A DNA stretch of 64,000 nt from Vermamoeba vermiformis. Taxonomy: Eukaryota. Under the pieces are notes generated by a model. It did no database searches. It saw nothing but the letters and a program-made list of their open reading frames with translations, and had not been told where the DNA came from. The stretch spans positions 1 through 64,000 of the forward strand of contig JBEWZL010000083.1 of the NCBI GenBank assembly GCA_045837725.1, written 5' to 3'. How positions within the stretch are numbered: the stretch's first letter is position 1; each line of letters opens with the position of its first letter. A program made the position numbers and the translations under genes. Below are positions 14,229 through 26,305 of the stretch, piece after piece.

Positions 14229-15880
14229 ATGGGCATCAAAAGCTCCAAGGCTTTCTGGCCGCCGAACTTTCCTTCTGAAGATAGTACGTCATCTGCTCTC
14301 TTAAGTTCAATTAGCAATTATTTAACTACAAAATATTACGCTCGTGTCGAGGATTTTACAATAAAAGCAATAGGAGTGGAATTAAATAATTATTAAAATT
14401 TAAATTGACAATTATCAAACCATCGCATCCACAACCAAAAATTAACAAATGCTAATATGGGCCACAAGCAGAATAAATTTATTGTTGAAATAATTTACCA
14501 TTAGAACACTTTTGAATTGACGCTTACCTATCAGAGACAATAACTCTGGGCAATGGACCAGCAGCAAAGTTTGAGTTAGATGAACATATTTGGATAAAAT
14601 ACAACAATCGCACTATTGCAATTATGCCTTCTCATTATTCTACCGATCCGCATACCAAAGAAGTTCTTTACACGCATTACGTCATTGGTTATCCAAACAG
14701 ATCTTTCGCACCGATAGAAGTGAATGTTGGAGAATCATTTACGTAAGTGTTGGTTCATTCGATAGTCGAATCTGGATTTAAACAATTTCTGCATCTAAAG
14801 TTTTTTTTCAGCCACAGCAAAGCAAATTTTCTAATAACACGATTGCTATAGATTATTCGATGTAAAAATTGAATTGGCTGAAGCTCAAAACGCTCCTACT
14901 GGCATAACTACCAAACATATCGCTTCAAAAGCTGTCAAATCCGATCCCGTCGAACTTCAGTTAAATACTACGACGCAATTTGACTTCAAAACAGTTATGA
15001 GATATTACGACAACGATTCTTACTTCTATCTTACCCTTGGATCGATCGGAGAACGACACGTTGAGTTCTTTATTTGGAATGGTGTGCTGGACCTCGTTGA
15101 AACCGTCTCTTTTAGATCTAACAAATGGTTCAAAGTCGGAGATTTCGTTTTTACTTTGAAGGGTTCTACGAAAGAAACTGCTGAGCTCTATATTAAGAAA
15201 CAGACTACGTAAGTTTCTTCGGATCAAAGGATGACGTGTACGGTAGATCTAATTGTTCGGTTAGGCGTGATGTTGCACTTGGCAAAGTTACTCTATCATT
15301 CGATGAGATTATAAGAATGAAGGATAATGATAAACTGGTTACTATGCAAGTCGTTAAAATCGCACCTTTGCATCCAGGCTATTTCGATCTGTGGTGCACA
15401 TTGGATGTCGCAGGTCTAGATCAAATTACTGGGTATCTTAAGGACATGCGCGAAAAGGAAAAACAAGAATTTGCAATAACTTATTCTGTTCGATGCAAAT
15501 CGATCCAACATCCCGAGAATGAATCACCAAAGTATAATTTAGAGATCAAAGTCGTTGACTCGCCGACGGTTAATTTCAACGAAGAGTTTACGTTAATGAA
15601 AGGCCAATCAGTTACATTCAAAGGAACGGATCTGAAGATCAGATTCGATGGTAGCTCGCATAAACACAAGGCTGATGGAGGTGGACCCGTTGGATTTTTT
15701 CATTTGACAACGACGTTAAATGGGAAAGAGTCACCACAAGTACGATATTCGGTCAACAAGGACGGCACTGCTGCATTTGAAATCGATTCATTTGCAGGCC
15801 AGTTGCTCCGAACTAAGTACGATCAGTCTGTTACGTTGATCATTTCACGGCCTCCAAACAAAAGAACCAAAAGAATATAG
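14229..15880 (+). CDS. Uncharacterised beta-rich protein with probable N-myristoylation (tandem copy 1)
   Basis: Exon 1 reads MGIKSSKAFWPPNFPSED. Exon structure and sequence are shared with 16243-17905. Confidence 0.7.
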
Positions 15881-16242
15881 TGCTATTATTATCGCACCTG
15901 AACGGTCGTAACGTACTGTACACTTGTGTAATAAATCATCCTTTTCTCAAGTTCGATTGACTTCAATCCACCTAAGCTCACGTTAAAGAGCTCTAAACAC
16001 TCGAAAAACTTACTTTTTTTTAGATACGGATGCGATCCTCAAAGATCTGCGCACAGAACCGAGGTCATTGCCGCTACAATATTATCTCTTTGCCTACAGT
16101 TACACCAGGCAACGCTGAAACGTAAATCTTCCAACTAAGGCCACGAGGTCTTTCTTCGAACCAATCAGGGCACAAATTTTCATTTTTTGAGATTAGTTAT
16201 CACGCAAGATACACGAACAAGAGTCTTTGCAAGTGCTCTACG

Positions 16243-17905
16243 ATGGGTATTAAAAATACGAAAGGTTTCTGGCCACCGAATTTTCCTGCCGAAGATAGTA
16301 TGTGATCTGTTTACAAATCGTTGCTTTGGATATTTGTTCGCTTTATTTATTATGCAAATAATCGATTACCATTTAATTCCTAATTACTTTCTTCGTGGCA
16401 GCACTCCTACGACATCAGGAATTTTCTGAATTAAATTATTTTTTAAAATAATTACTCGCAGTTCCCCAAATTAATATTAAGCTATAATTTACTAACGTAC
16501 CTCCTTAAAATGATAATATAATTTGATTATTCATTAATTGTGACGATAAATTGAAAATAAACCTAACTCGGCTCTTCAGAGACAATAACCTTAAAAGTTG
16601 GATCGACAGAACAAATAGCATTCAAAGGACATACGTGGGTAAAATATAATGGTCGCACGATCGCAATAATGCCCTCGCACGTTGGAAGCGATCCAGTTAC
16701 TAAAGGCGTTCGAAATGTGAATATGAGGGTTGGGTATGCTAGCAAAACATATGCGCCGATAGAAATAAACGTTGGGGAATCATTTACGTAAGTATTGGCT
16801 TAATTTTAATAATTAAACGGAATTTGGATGTACACGATCGGATTTAAAAATTCAAACAACAAGTTACTGATGCTTCTGCTTATAGATTATACGACGTTAA
16901 ATTCCACTTGACCGAGGCGCAATCTACCAATGAACTTAGCTACAAATACAACGTCTCTAAGGCGACTAAATCCGGTCCTGCAGAACTAAAATTTAATACG
17001 GCTACACAACTGAACTTTGATACGGTATTAAAACACACTCATAATGGATCGGACTATTATCTTACTCTTGGATCGATCGGAGAGAAACACGTGGACTTTT
17101 TTATTTGGAATAGTTCGTTTGAAGTTATCGAAAGTGTTTCTTTTGGAGATAATAACAAATGGTGCAAACGTGGAGATTTCATTTTTAATTTGCAAGGATC
17201 GACTCAGGATGCTGCCACTATTGTAGTTAAGAAGCAGACAACGTAAGTGAAAAACACAAATTTTTGAATTTTAAGGCTGATCCGGATCTACGTTACAGGC
17301 GTGATGTTGCACTTGGCGAAGTTACTCTATCATTCGATGAGATTATACGATTGAAGGATAACGCCAAATCGGTCACTATGCAAATCGTTAACTTTGTGCC
17401 ACCAAGACTTTTCGATCTTTGGTGCACACTGGATGTCGCAGGTCAAGATCAAATTACCGGGTATTTAAGCAGAATGGTTGAAAAGGATTTAGAGGAATTT
17501 GCAATTGCATATTCAATTGAATACAAGTCGGTCCAAATGCCTGTCAATGACGCACCGAAATTCAACCTTAAAATCAAAGTGATTGACTCGCCGAAGGTTA
17601 ATTTCAATGAAGAGTTTACGTTAATGAAGGGCCAATCGGTTACACTAAATGGAGCGGATCTGAAAATCAGATTCGATGGTAGCTCGCATAAACATAAGAC
17701 GGACGGCAGAGCGGTTGGCTTTTTCCATTTGACGACGACTATTCGTGGAAAAGAAAAAGAAAATCGGTTCTCGGTCAAGGACAATGGTACTGCTTCGTTT
17801 GATATTGATTCGTACAATGGCAAGTTGATCAAAACTTCGTACGATGCATCCGTTACGCTACAGATCCAGAATGAGGAAGAATGTAAAGAAAGCAAAGAGT
17901 ATTGA
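16243..17905 (+). CDS. Uncharacterised beta-rich protein (tandem copy 2)
   Basis: Exon 1 reads MGIKNTKGFWPPNFPAED. Shares FDLWCTLDVAG and NFNEEFTLMKGQSVT with copy 1. Confidence 0.7.
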
Positions 17906-18026
17906 AGATATCCCTTATTAATTCGCAAACTACTGCCTCAGTAGTCTTTAAGATTATAAACGTCATTTTTTACTGATCTTGGGTAGATCTTCCAATGTTA
18001 TTGATATCTTGACACGACTAGCACAA

Positions 18027-19224
18027 ATGAGCACTCCTTCGCCACCAAGTGCATTAGATAAGTTCTTGTCCACAAGCAACCTGCTGAAAGTGCAAGGTAA
18101 GAACCGCTATTTCAAGTTAACTTCCGGATGCACTCAAGCCAACATCCACTCTCTAATTTATAAAATTATCAATCCTGCCAAAATAATGATTGCGATATTG
18201 ATATTATTCGGAACTCGTATAATTGGAATTTAGTAAAATGTTAGTGCATTTATTTACCGGATGAGTTCAATTTTCCTCCGCTCCGAACCTAAGAGAGTTA
18301 TAAATAGCTGCCAGCGGCACTGCCTTTTCGACGTTCTTATTCGGCCATATTGTAAACACCCTATTTGCTCATACTGGCATTGATGGCTACGAAGAAGTGC
18401 AACGATTTTTAAGGTGGACCTTTAATTTGACTATTCCTATTATCATTATCTAATCATCTAATATCTCTATATTATAGGATATACTATCAAAATACGCTTA
18501 TAGAGCCTATCCTTATTCTCGGCAGTATCAGCGTTCACGGCCTAGCTAATGTTATTCTCGCATCTCGCAGATGGGATCGAGAAGCGCAGGCACGCAAGAT
18601 GAAGGCGGAAAAAATAGACAACAATCCCGAAGAATCACTTACGAGCGAAACAATGAAAAATAAGCCAAACACATGGCTCACTTGGGCTCAAAAAATTAAT
18701 CGTTACGCGGGGTAAGTGAGCGGATCTACTGGCTTTACTATAGCACCCTAACCATCGACTTACTATCAATCCTCCAACGCTACTCGGCCTAATATTAATC
18801 CATCCTTAATAGGTACTTCCTTGCAGCATTCGTGCCCGGGCACATGATCGCAACTAGAATGCCCGGCCTGCTTAAAGGATCTGACTTCCAAGCTGATTTT
18901 CCACTCATTACGTTCACGCTACAAAAGATGGGTGCTATATTCGTACCATATTATATCGCACTAGGCGTATCTGGCTTATACCATATGACCTACGGTCTGT
19001 TACAATCATCGGATCGACTTCTCAAAACAAAATTAGCGCGAAAGGCTACTGGAAGCTCTTGGTTTTTGCCTATTATGGCAATCGGCGCTGCCGCGGTTAC
19101 ATCGGCGATATTTGCTTTTAGAGGAAATTATTTTGATGTTTGGAACGATCGTTTGCGGTTCTGGGCCAATCAGTACAATCGATATTTCGCTTCATTTGGC
19201 GTCAAAACTAATTTCAAATATTGA
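18027..19224 (+). CDS. MCP1/DUF1691-like multi-pass membrane protein (copy 1)
   Basis: KVQ..S..F.TFL..H, YYQN..IEP....S..VH, and GLYH..YGL; His residues in TM helices resemble the Mcp1/DUF1691 family. Confidence 0.6.
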
Positions 19225-19412
19225 CCAATGTAATAATATACCTCTATATGCAATAAACATCTTTGTAAGTAGCTTACCATAAAAGGAAATTAATCAAACG
19301 GAAAAACGGCACCTTGTAAAAACGTTGTTACGTTCTTACGAATAAGATTTAATAAGCGAACATAATGCTAGTTCATGGATAAATTTGTTCGTTAATACAG
19401 TCAAGCACAGGA

Positions 19413-20391
19413 ATGACCGAGAAAGTGGAGTCAACCAAAGAGTTTTTATCGCGGTTCTCTAATAATATCTTGGTTAGAGTGCAAGGTAAAATCGCATACT
19501 CATCGATAAAGCCACTTTTCGACAAGTCGAGCTACATGCTGGTGTTCGATCATTAATTCTAACTTTAATTTGAATATTTATTCAGCGTGCTCTGGTGCAT
19601 CATTTGCTACGTTCCTAACGCTCCATATCACCAATATTTTCTCTGCCAATCTCGGTATTAGCGTATTTACCTCGGTACAGAAACTGTTTCGGTGAGTAGT
19701 CAGATCCCGTTACAAATCTGTTAACTCCGTTCTAACCAGCTTGTACTACCAAAATCCTTTTGTCGAGGCTACCTTAGTGCTTGGAAGTCTTGTCGTTCAT
19801 ATAGCAGCCAGTTTTGTGCTTTACATCCGTCGACGACAGCGCGAGAAGAATCCAAAAGCCGTCAAGACCGTGCCACTCGCACAAAAAATTAACCGCATTG
19901 CTGGGTATGATTTAAGCATCACATTCAATATTTGCTGATGATTTGCTAGCCTTTTGATCAGTCTTGTTATATTCGGACATACCTTTGGCTTTCGATTGCT
20001 AGGCTTTTTGGATCCCGCTCACGCTGGTGATTTTTCGATGGTTACTTTCACGCTCTATGCTAAACCTGTTATGTTCACGACCTACTACTTCTTGTTCGGA
20101 TCCGCGGGTCTCTACCATCTCTGCTACGGTCTCCTGAAAGCATCGGATCTGGTGCTCGGCACCAAGTTGTCAGACAAGGTGACGAAGAGCAAGTGGTTCT
20201 TCCCTATAATGATCATGGGCCCAGCGCTCTTCGCGTCTTCAATCTACGCCTTCCGTGGCGGTTACTTCGATGTGCGTGACTCGCGAGAGAAAATGACAAT
20301 GTGGGCTGATCACTTCGCTCATGTCATGGGCATGGCGTACCAGATGAAATTTGACTTTTCAAACGTGGCGGTCTATTTGTCGAAGGATTAG
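19413..20391 (+). CDS. MCP1/DUF1691-like multi-pass membrane protein (copy 2)
   Basis: Paralog of 18027-19224 with the same intron positions; YYQNPFVE, AQKINRIAG, GLYHLCYGL. Confidence 0.6.
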
Positions 20392-20596
20392 ATTTGATAA
20401 AAATAATAAGTTCTGTAAACGTTTACACAACGAAAGGAAAGTTCCGAGGGCCATGAACTGGAGACCCGCCCTATGTCGTCGCCGACTAGTCGCCAACTTG
20501 TCCAAAGGTTAATAAAGAGGACATCAACAACCGCGGTGTATCGCAAAGCAAAAAAAAGAACAGGGGTTCGAAAGAGCCTGCAAGGCAAAAAAAATT

Positions 20597-20669
20597 CGCT
20601 CCCACCTGGGTTCGAACCAGGGACCTTTCGGTTAACAGCCGAACGCTCTGCCGACTGAGCTATGGAAGC
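20597..20669 (-). tRNA. trnN: tRNA-Asn (GTT)
   Basis: GCTTCCATAGCTCAGTCGGCAGAGCGTTCGGCTGTTAACCGAAAGGTCCCTGGTTCGAACCCAGGTGGGAGCG folds into a cloverleaf with anticodon GTT; a T-run Pol III terminator follows. Confidence 0.97.
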
Positions 20670-20933
20670 TGGTTGATTTTGGAAAGTAGCCAGTACAAGA
20701 CCTCACCTGGTCGGACATTGACCGTAGTGCCAATGAAGTTTACGATGCTTTGCTGGTTGCTTTGCGTCGTTGGTGATTTGACTCCTCGGCTATGTTGCTG
20801 AGGTGCTTGGTTGGGTTGGAGTAATCCCGCGGGATGAGCTGTGGTTTAGTGGACGAACGGAAACGTAAAATGAGCGGGCAGGCTGTTTAGTGTATAAACA
20901 TTTCGGTTTTTTTTTTATTGAAGCTTAATTTAT

Positions 20934-21431
20934 TTAAGCAGTAGCCTCTTCAGAGCGAACCTTGGCGTTAGCGTTCATAACCTTAATGTCCAATTGAGCA
21001 GCGCGATCGACGATCTCCTTTCGCTTCTTGGAGGAAACAGCGTGAGCGATTTGAGCGGCGTACTTCTTGTTTTGCATTAACAAAACGTCCAAATCTGCGG
21101 CGTTGTGAACGACAAACTTGAGGAAGTGGTTGGGCATCAAGTGCTTGGTCTTGTTGTTAGAGCCGTAACCGATCTTGACCATAGGGCGGGCTCCCTTGAA
21201 TCTTCTGCGCACACGGGAGTCAATACCGTGGGGTCTTCTCCAGGTTTGCTACGAAGAAAGGAAGGGTAAATATCGGATTCGAAAATAATAATTAATCAAA
21301 AATAAAATCAGGTTGATTTCTGTTGATCGTAGAACACTTACACCCATCTTCTTGAACTTGTCAGTTTGGTGACGCAAGAAAGTGCGAGTGGTCTTCTTGA
21401 CGATCTTCTTCTTGTTGCTCGGAGTAGGCAT
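20934..21431 (-). CDS. RPL32: 60S ribosomal protein L32 (eL32)
   Basis: [49 protein letters not shown]. One coding intron, plus a likely 5'UTR intron (donor near 21776). Confidence 0.97.
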
Positions 21432-22076
21432 CTATTTTCAAAATTATTAATAACTGCGGTCGTTACATTCTATTTAAATAATTAACGCCAATATGCTAGA
21501 ATAATTAATTAGAAGTGGACACTGCATTCACTGTGCGCGATAAAATATTTTGATCCTACAAATAATTATTGTGTTGTCCAATATCGTTGTTACTAATATT
21601 ACTATTGATCACAACAGTAATATCAACAATATTATTATTTAATAATGCTGTAATTAAATAAATATCTTCGAATGCTGCTCGATTTCGTCCAAATCAAACG
21701 GCGCACAGCTACATTAACAGTATCCACACATCCAATAATCGCATATCCAGCTATTAATAATAGTCCAGTAACTCACCTTGTGGCTCTGCTTATTAACACG
21801 TTCGGGAACGAAGAAAGGATAACGCCAGGAAAGGAAGACAACAAGCAGGCCGAAAAAAAGCAGCCAAAAAATTCTGGGCGAAATTTTGTCCCAAAATGAT
21901 TGAGTTCGGTTTTGACCGTAGAAAGTGCTTGGCCGAAGTTAGTGTTCTTAATAGGAGACGTGTGACCAGTAAACTTCGTCTTCTTTGTAGTATTTGCATT
22001 CATTCCACGAGAAGATCACTCATCGAACGATCGTGACCAGACCTTATTTACTTTATCTATTTATAAAACAATCGCA

Positions 22077-24364
22077 ATGGCCACAGATGTACAGAAACCA
22101 ATAGTCGAAACAGCATCCGACTCTGGTATTTTGCAACCAGTTGGTGACGCGAAGGGTATCCTACAGATTAAAAAATTTATTAGCGCTTTAGAGCTATTTA
22201 TTGAAAATAATTATAATCATAACTATTATTAAATATTTGTGTGCAATTTATTTTGCATGTAAATCAATTTATCTAATTATTGGACGGATTTCCTTAACAA
22301 AAACAGAAATTATTGACAAAACAGCAACATTCGTGGCGAGGAATGGTCCTAATTTTGAACAGAAGATTTTAGCAAAAGAGAAAGACAACCCAAAGTTCGG
22401 CTTTCTTCGACCGGGCAACCCGTACTACGCATACTACCAACAAAAAATTCGCGATATTAGACGAGTAGAAGGACTTTCAGATCTCAGCGATCAAAATAGT
22501 CTTATTAGACAAGCAGAAGAGAAATTGAAGTTAAAGAGACAGTTATTAGGCGAAGAAGAGGATGAAGCGTCAGCCGGTAAAAAGAAAAAAGACAAGAAAA
22601 AGGAAAAACAAAATATTCCCCTCGAACCTCCTCCAAAGGACGAATGGACTATTGAACCACCCACATTGACACCTTTAGAAGTCGATATTATCAAATTGAG
22701 CGCACAATTCGTCGCTCGTAACGGCAGACAATTTGCGATGGGCTTGCTCAATCGTGAGATGAAGAACCCTCAATTTGCTTTCTTACAACCAAACCACTAC
22801 CTTCACACATATTTCAACAAGCTCGTAGAGAGCTACACTAAAGTCATTTTGCCGCCTCGTGACATGGTCGACAAGCTCGAGATTTCTATTGCGGACAAGC
22901 AAACTATTCTCGACAGGGTCATGAAGAAAGTTAACTGGGAACGAGCGCAATTAAAGAGCGAGGAGGATATGCGCGCCGAAGAAGAGAAGGAGCGTAGCTT
23001 AATGGCTGCTATTGATTGGCACGACTTTACTCTCGTTGCTACTATTGATTACGAGGACGAACCTACTCCCGCTGCTGGTGCCAGCACTGGTAAGTCATAT
23101 CACTGTTCGAACTATATGAGACTCGATATTGACCTTGACTGTACAGCTGCTGATGAGGAAATGGACGTCGAGATGGACACTGATATGGAGGTTGATAAGC
23201 CTGCAGAGCCCATTAAGATTAAGCCTAACTATCAACGAACATCAGCAGCTGCTCAGCGTGCCACGCAGTACCAAGTCTGCCCTCGTTGCGGTCAAGAAAT
23301 TCCTTTGGACGAAATGGCTGAACACATGAAGATCGAGTTGAGCAGAGCTGGTGATCGAAAGCCTGGCGCACCTGCTGCACCGAACAAAGAGGCCTTCTTG
23401 CCTGAAGGTGACGATATGGCTCGTTACTTGAACAATATTGCTAAGCGCAGAAGCGATATTTTTGGTGGTGAAGAAGACGATGATATGGACGAGATTGACG
23501 AGCGAAACAAGAACAAAGGTAAGCTTCTACACTTAAGCTCGTTATGTTACGTCGAGCAGTAATTGATGGTTTTGTTTGTAGTAACTTGGGACGGTCACAC
23601 GAGCAGTATTCAAGGCACGACAATGGCTGCTTTGAGTCAGATCAAGCCACCTCCTCCAAAGCCCACAGAGGCTCCTCGTGCCCCTGTCGGTCCTCAGATG
23701 GGCAGTGGTGTTATTGCTCAACCTCCCAGACCCGCACAAACACTCTCGATGCCTCCTCAACCCGTTGGTCAGACTGCCCCGCTAACGATGCCCCCGATGA
23801 TGTATCAACCGCCAATGGGTGGTGGATTCCCACCTATGGGAGCTAATCCTTATATGATGCCTCCTGGCATGGGTGGTGCTCCACCAATGGGAATGGCTCC
23901 TTCGCATCCACGACCGGATGCAGAAGACGAAGGTCCTTTCAAGAGACAGAGAATCGACGAGGAAGGTGCTTCGAACGCCGCCGAGTCTAAGCTTATGTCT
24001 GAAGACGAGTGGTTGATGAATCACCCTGTAAGTATTAATTTTTTTATCTTCGTTCGAACGGATCTTACCGATCTATTTTTAGGCTCCTGTTACAGTCAAG
24101 ATTTTAGTCCCGCGCAACCCCGAAAAGCCTGAGTGGTTCATGAACGGCCAGACTATCGACTTGACTGTCTCGCCTTCTGAAACTGTTCGTGCTTTGAAAG
24201 AAAAACTCCAAGAAAAGTTGGGAGGCATGCCTTCTAACAAACAGAAGCTTAGAGCTAAGGAACTTGGCTTCTTGAAGGATGAGAAGAGTATGGCATACTA
24301 CAACTTCGTTTCTGGTGTCGAATTAGAATTAGGCATCAAGGAACGTGGTGGAAGAAAGAAATAA
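22077..24364 (+). CDS. SF3A1: Splicing factor 3A subunit 1 (two SURP domains, PRP21-like region, C-terminal ubiquitin-like domain)
   Basis: IIDKTATFVARNGPNFE, IIKLSAQFVARNGRQF, IDWHDF, EHMKIEL, VTWDGHT, LGIKERGGRKK. Confidence 0.95.
22156..22306 (+). other. Probable U12-type (minor spliceosome) GT-AG intron
   Basis: 5' splice site GTATCCTA; branch point TTCCTTAAC at 22290-22298, 8 nt before the end of the 3' CAG. Removing it gives in-frame GDAK-E-IIDKT. Confidence 0.8.
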
Positions 24365-24587
24365 GAGGAAAGACGATCTCGCCCAGGATCTCGATCTGGT
24401 TAGGTGTGTAATTACTGCGACTTACTTTTTGTAAATGAATTAACAATAAAGGGCACTTGCGTAAGAGCGTTAGTACGCGTTAAGTTCATATTCATCCGTC
24501 GCGTACTGGAAAATTTCCTCCCTAAATTTAAGGGAGGCAAAGAGTCTAGGAAGAATCTGAGCGGGCCATAACGCTCTAGTACGCATA

Positions 24588-26171
24588 ATGGACACCACAA
24601 GAAGTACTATTGGTGCAGAGATCGCTTTAAAGACTGTTTTAAAGCAAAGAGAGATCTCGCATGAAGAGGTACGCTACTTATTCGAATTATTCTTTAATAA
24701 TGTTCTTAGGTAATATTCAGGATAGAATCGTTAGTATTGTCGTTCGTAGATCAGCTTGCTGAAGGTCATATAGCACCTCTAAGCCTCGTAAGTAAATTTC
24801 AAAAAAAATTAATTTGGATCTGATTAAATTTTTTCTTAGTCTAATGGCTCTTCAATTCAAGAGTTTCCAAACGATAATTACGACGAAGAGATAGGCGCCA
24901 AGCCCGAGTCTATTCGAAGAGCAGGCAATAAGCGAGGCATAATCAAGTCATATTTCCGAACTTGGGCCGTTATATCGAATTTCTATAGCATTTTTAGCGA
25001 TGAATTGTCGTCAGGCATATCAACTCAGTCGACACTAAGAGATGTATATTATACAATGAAGCCTAAAGAACTGTTCAGCGAGTGCACATCCGGTCAAGTC
25101 TCGAAAATAGTCTCGGACGTTGCAACAATTCTAGATTGTAGTAGAGACTCACTTAAAATTCGTCCTTCAAGTCATGGCATGGTATTCGGTCGTTTGGCAG
25201 TCCAAGTAAGTCCCAATTCCTACGACTGAAATTTGTACTGGATCTGATCTTCCGTAGTCGGGGATCTGCGATTGGATTGATTGCGAAGAGTCATCGGTTT
25301 CGATTCAAGTACTCTACGACTTGCTTTTCAACGAGAATAAGAACGTCCCGTTGAGCGAAAAGATCGATGCCGAAGGCTGTCAATATTTACTGCTCGTTGA
25401 AAAAGAAGGAGTGATGGCGAGTCTCATTGAATCAAATTTCCACCGAAATTTCATTCCAGGAATCATGATTTGCAGCCAAGGCGTGCCTGATTTGTGTACG
25501 AGACAAGTCGCATTTTTGTTGCACCAGTACTTGGGCTCAAATGTGCCAGTCATCGCTCTCACTGATTACAACCCTGGTGGACTCGTCATTTTGACCACAT
25601 TCAAAGTACGTTTATGACCTGAGTATAATGACATATAAACAATACTAAAGATAAATTCATAGTTTGGATCCGAGAACCTTGGATTTGATGGCATGAAGTA
25701 CAGTAAGTGAAGCGATTTTGATATTGATATAGGTCAAAAATACTCATTATTTTCATATGACAGCGATTCCAACGACAGGTTGGCTCGGCATTAGAGCTCG
25801 AGACATCATCGAGACACAATTGCCGTCAAAGTACTTTGAGTGTTTGACCAGCAGAGATTACAGCTTGATGACTACTTTGGCCGAGAAGCCTTTCTTTCAC
25901 GTAAGTGGCCTGTTAATTCGATTTAAACTTTAAGACTGCATTCAATTTTTTAAAATACTTTTTCATTAATTTTGTTTTTTTAACAAAATGCCAAGGGCAT
26001 CAATTTTTTTGTGGCACTAATCTTGGTTTTTCTTTCCAGAGTGCGGAATTCAAGCGCGAGTTGGCAATGATGCAAATGAAAGTTCAAATTGAAGCGTTCA
26101 ATCACTTCGGATTTGATTTTTTCCCGCGCTTACTTGCCGCAAGAATACAACAACAAGAATGGATCGTGTAA
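24588..26171 (+). CDS. SPO11: Meiotic DSB transesterase Spo11 (SPO11-2-like)
   Basis: VIFRIE, FRTWAV, STLRDVYY (catalytic Tyr), TOPRIM LLVEKE, SQGVPD, DYNPGG, C-terminal KVQIEA. Confidence 0.88.
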
Positions 26172-26305
26172 CACGAGATTGTTAGAGAAAGGGTAGTGTG
26201 ATAAGTTTACATGTGGGGGTTTAAATAAAAAACATTAAATAAGAAAAAAAGTCGAATCTACAAGCACAATAAATTAAATATTTCTTCGAGCGATAAAAAT
26301 TATCA

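Noticed and set aside
20695-20745. Resemblance to U1 (CTCACCTGG), U3 (AAGAC start) or U4 (GCCAATGA) sn/snoRNA
   Set aside because: The diagnostic boxes (U1 loops I/II, U3 box A GGATCA, Sm site) were not found.
9528-23846. Antisense or alternate-frame ORFs (e.g. 9528-9920, 13509-13922, 17449-17928, 23544-23846)
   Set aside because: They are shadows of well-supported genes on the other strand or frame.
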